The translations under genes and the position numbers were made by a program. From the IMG/VR virus record IMGVR_UViG_3300013947_000009, positions 1 through 44,729 of that record: 44,729 bases of DNA; one strand, 5' to 3'. The notes under the pieces are model-generated. The model was not told where the DNA came from. It worked only from the letters and a program-made list of their open reading frames with translations, and searched no databases. Origin of the DNA: a virus. Shown here in pieces: positions 42,900 through 44,729 of the stretch; within the stretch, counting starts at the first letter, position 1, and each line of letters begins with the position of its first letter.

Positions 42900-43311
42900 C
42901 CTTTAAAATATCAATCGCCTTTGTTATTACTCCGGGAATAGGGATTCCCATGAGGCCTGCATTTTCAACTATGCTGATCAACTCATTGACAATAAACGCA
43001 ATGACAACCGCGGTTTTGATATAATCGGTACCAATCAGAAGATCCAATCGATGACCAATTAACACCAGCGCCAAAATCAATACTTTTCGAGCTAACCCTT
43101 TAAAACAAGTATTGCTTTCGAGAGCACCATTTTCTGATTTAGTTGATTTGTGAAATATCCCCGCCACAATCAGGCCGGTAATAAAATCAACTCCCATGAA
43201 TATTAAAAGTGTTATCAAATCCGTTGACCATCCTCCGAACAAATATGCAACCCCTGAACCTACGACGCCGCATATTGTCATTACAACATGTTTATTTGTC
43301 ATTTCATTCAC
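42862..43311 (-). CDS. Holin (Hol44 / phage_holin_4_1-like)
   Basis: Multiple TM segments; GVDFITGL, NELISIVENAG signatures. Confidence 0.75.
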   Translation of the reverse strand: MNEMTNKHVVMTICGVVGSGVAYLFGGWSTDLITLLIFMGVDFITGLIVAGIFHKSTKSENGALESNTCFKGLARKVLILALVLIGHRLDLLIGTDYIKTAVVIAFIVNELISIVENAGLMGIPIPGVITKAIDILKGDGSNGETGPEE

Positions 43312-43322
43312 CTCACGATTTT

Positions 43323-43393
43323 ATTATACTGAGAAAATTTTCCTTTTTACATACACATGGTGTGACATACCTTGTGACATACCTTGTGACATT
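43323..43393 (-). promoter_or_regulatory. Candidate activator-dependent late promoter: -10 TATAAT (43323-43328), weak -35 TGTAAA, and 2.75 copies of a 12-bp direct repeat (43361-43393)
   Basis: tgtgacatacct tgtgacatacct tgtgacatt; located upstream of the first late gene. Confidence 0.55.
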
Positions 43394-43494
43394 GCAAATT
43401 GATAATAAACAAAGCAATCTTCTCGATCATGCCCCGTGTCTCCAAAACCATAGCCCAGACGCATTTTATTGCTCACTTAATAAAACTATATAGG

Positions 43495-43530
43495 CAAAAT
43501 AAAAAAGCCCTCAGAATCAATCTGAGAGCT
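43495..43530 (-). terminator. Rho-independent terminator upstream of the late promoter
   Basis: On the - strand: gctctcaga-ttgat-tctgagggc followed by ttttttatttt. Confidence 0.7.
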
Positions 43531-43547
43531 TTGTGTTTAATACGGGG

Positions 43548-43752
43548 TTATTCTGCGTTTGCTTCAAAGACAACGATTTCTTTAATGCAAAAATCGTCTT
43601 CGTTGGTGCATACCGAAATTCTGATCTGCTCGTCAGGAAACTGCTGGTGCAAGTCCTCTGCCATTGCGAAAGCTTCTTCTCTGCTTTCGCTACCATAGTC
43701 TGACGAATAGTCGTCTCCGTGCTGTACTGCGTAGAATAATGTTTTTTTCCAT
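43548..43752 (-). pseudogene. Small acidic gene split by a frameshift at an A7 run (43742-43748); an A6 run would give an intact 67-aa ORF
   Basis: AAGGAG-linked ATG at 43752 stops after 20 codons; the +1 frame continues LFYAVQHGDDYSSDYGSESREEAF...VVFEANAE to 43548. Confidence 0.55.
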
Positions 43753-43862
43753 TGTGATTACTCCTTCTTTCTTCATACTGTACTCTGCATTTACGGGCTT
43801 GTAACCGTCTACGGCTGCATTACAGTAGGGCGGTTTTGCCGCCGCCCTCGGCTTTAAATTAT

Positions 43863-44147
43863 TTAGCTATTCAACCATGCTTTAAATTCTGCAACCGTCA
43901 TATTCATCTCAGAAGCAGATTTTTTATGAGACGCGTAAATCATCTTATGAACACGCTTGGAAGTTTCATTTCTTTCGTGCCACTTTTCACAATCTTCATC
44001 GAACTTTTCTTCCGTTGTGATGAATCTTACTGAGTAACCATTATTGCGAAGATCAGTGTAAAAATCTGATTTGCGGTCATATTCACGTTCGATGATTTTG
44101 AGCTCTTTTGTTTCTTTATCTCTAACTGATGCGATATATTTTTTCAT
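43863..44147 (-). CDS. Hypothetical protein, 94 aa
   Basis: ORF track; promoter P8 upstream. Confidence 0.6.
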   Translation of the reverse strand: MKKYIASVRDKETKELKIIEREYDRKSDFYTDLRNNGYSVRFITTEEKFDEDCEKWHERNETSKRVHKMIYASHKKSASEMNMTVAEFKAWLNS

Positions 44148-44182
44148 GGTTGTTACCTCTTTCTCTGTTTGATTACATTTAT

Positions 44183-44211
44183 ATTATACACTTAAAGTTG
44201 TACAATGTACA
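44183..44211 (-). promoter_or_regulatory. P8: family promoter TGTACA-17-TATAAT with dyad (one mismatch), outside the accessory island
   Basis: taTGTACAttgtacaactttaagtgTATAATataaa on the - strand. Confidence 0.7.
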
Positions 44212-44245
44212 TACTTTTCGCAAGTTTCTAATATTTCTTAATAAT

Positions 44246-44635
44246 TCACAGAAAAAGTTCGCGGATAACATCATCGGCGAAAATATAAGTTTTGAGCTTG
44301 TTAATCAGTCGCGTTTTATTCCGGCTCACGCTTGTAACCGTCACGTCAAAAAATTCAGCAACCTCTTCTCGGGTCCTGCCTTCAAAATATATCATCGGGA
44401 TAATATCGAAATAATCGTCATCTTGTATTTGTTTGAGTGCTTCGTCAATAATCTCAATGAAACGTGTTGCAGTACCTTCTTCACTATGAGCCTTTTTCAA
44501 ATTATTATAGTCTCGGAGAACCTTCTCAGTCTTCTGAAAAGTACTTTGCTGCTCGTCTTTCATTAGCCTTGCCATTTTCAATTTGGATATGGTCTGATCA
44601 ATCGTCTCTGAGATTATTTCACGGATATCTTCCAT
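44246..44635 (-). CDS. ArpU/RinA-like or sigma-70 region-4-like late transcription regulator, 129 aa
   Basis: IPMIYFEGRTREEVAEFFDVTVTSVSRNKTRLINKL region-4 HTH; size and position upstream of the packaging genes. Confidence 0.7.
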   Translation of the reverse strand: MEDIREIISETIDQTISKLKMARLMKDEQQSTFQKTEKVLRDYNNLKKAHSEEGTATRFIEIIDEALKQIQDDDYFDIIPMIYFEGRTREEVAEFFDVTVTSVSRNKTRLINKLKTYIFADDVIRELFL

Positions 44636-44650
44636 CAGAACCTCCTTTTT

Positions 44651-44729
44651 CTCTTTCAGAAGAATGGTATAAGAGTATAGTATAACTTAACTATTTTACT
44701 TATATATAATAGAGCTTAGCTAAAAGTTA
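44651..44729. repeat. IR copy A, left part (continues into 36-85 after the circular overlap); starts 15 nt upstream of the ArpU-like ATG on the - strand
   Basis: Exact reverse complement of 15512-15590. Confidence 0.95.

Noticed and set aside
43781-43862. Locally GC-rich stretch with hairpins (agggcgg-N8-ccgccct; acgg-N8-ccgt) between two - strand genes; possible sRNA or riboswitch
   Set aside because: The stems are short, there is no U-tract and no recognisable riboswitch consensus. It is most simply a weak intercistronic structure, and I cannot support more from sequence alone.

Overview
The window is a circularly closed contig: 1-35 is identical to 44695-44729, giving a unique length of 44694 bp. 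It is an AT-rich temperate siphovirus-type phage genome with Firmicutes-like signals (GGAGG ribosome-binding sites, Listeria-Bacteroides repeats, HK97-type head genes). Layout: (1) an XRE repressor (-) / Cro-like (+) switch at 195-1034. (2) A + strand early/replication operon at 1040-15305, carrying an SNF2 helicase, VRR-NUC nuclease, PD-(D/E)XK-AAA_24 fusion, DUF669, PolB-like polymerase, prim-pol/P4 primase-helicase and a nucleotide-metabolism block (ThyA-like enzyme, methyltransferase, dUTPase). (3) A tyrosine integrase at 15599-16603. (4) An accessory island of small genes at 16.6-20.8 kb. (5) A - strand late operon from 43311 down to 20858: holin, TerS-like protein, HNH fusion, HxH fibre, TerS/TerL, fibre-like insert, portal, protease, capsid, connectors, major tail protein, G/GT chaperone, tape measure, Dit, fibres, M23-SH3 endolysin. 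(6) An ArpU/sigma-region-4-like regulator at 44246-44635. Main finding: a perfect 129-bp inverted repeat, extended by imperfect inner repeats with 11-bp tandem arm-like sites, splits the circle into 15.4-kb and 29-kb segments. It abuts the only recombinase gene and places identical upstream sequence in front of the integrase and the late regulator. Flipping the 15.4-kb early module would restore the canonical temperate-phage gene order, so this looks like a genome-scale inversion system (or a 2-micron/Flp-like one). Other notable items are an eight-copy promoter-operator family driving the accessory island, a 21-bp inverted repeat flanking a 1.4-kb cassette, a ThyA homologue with the Asn-to-Asp substitution typical of dCMP-acting enzymes, two interrupted small genes, an activator-type late promoter with 12-bp direct repeats, and fibre-like genes in unusual positions. 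All functional calls come from motif recognition by eye; no database search was run.
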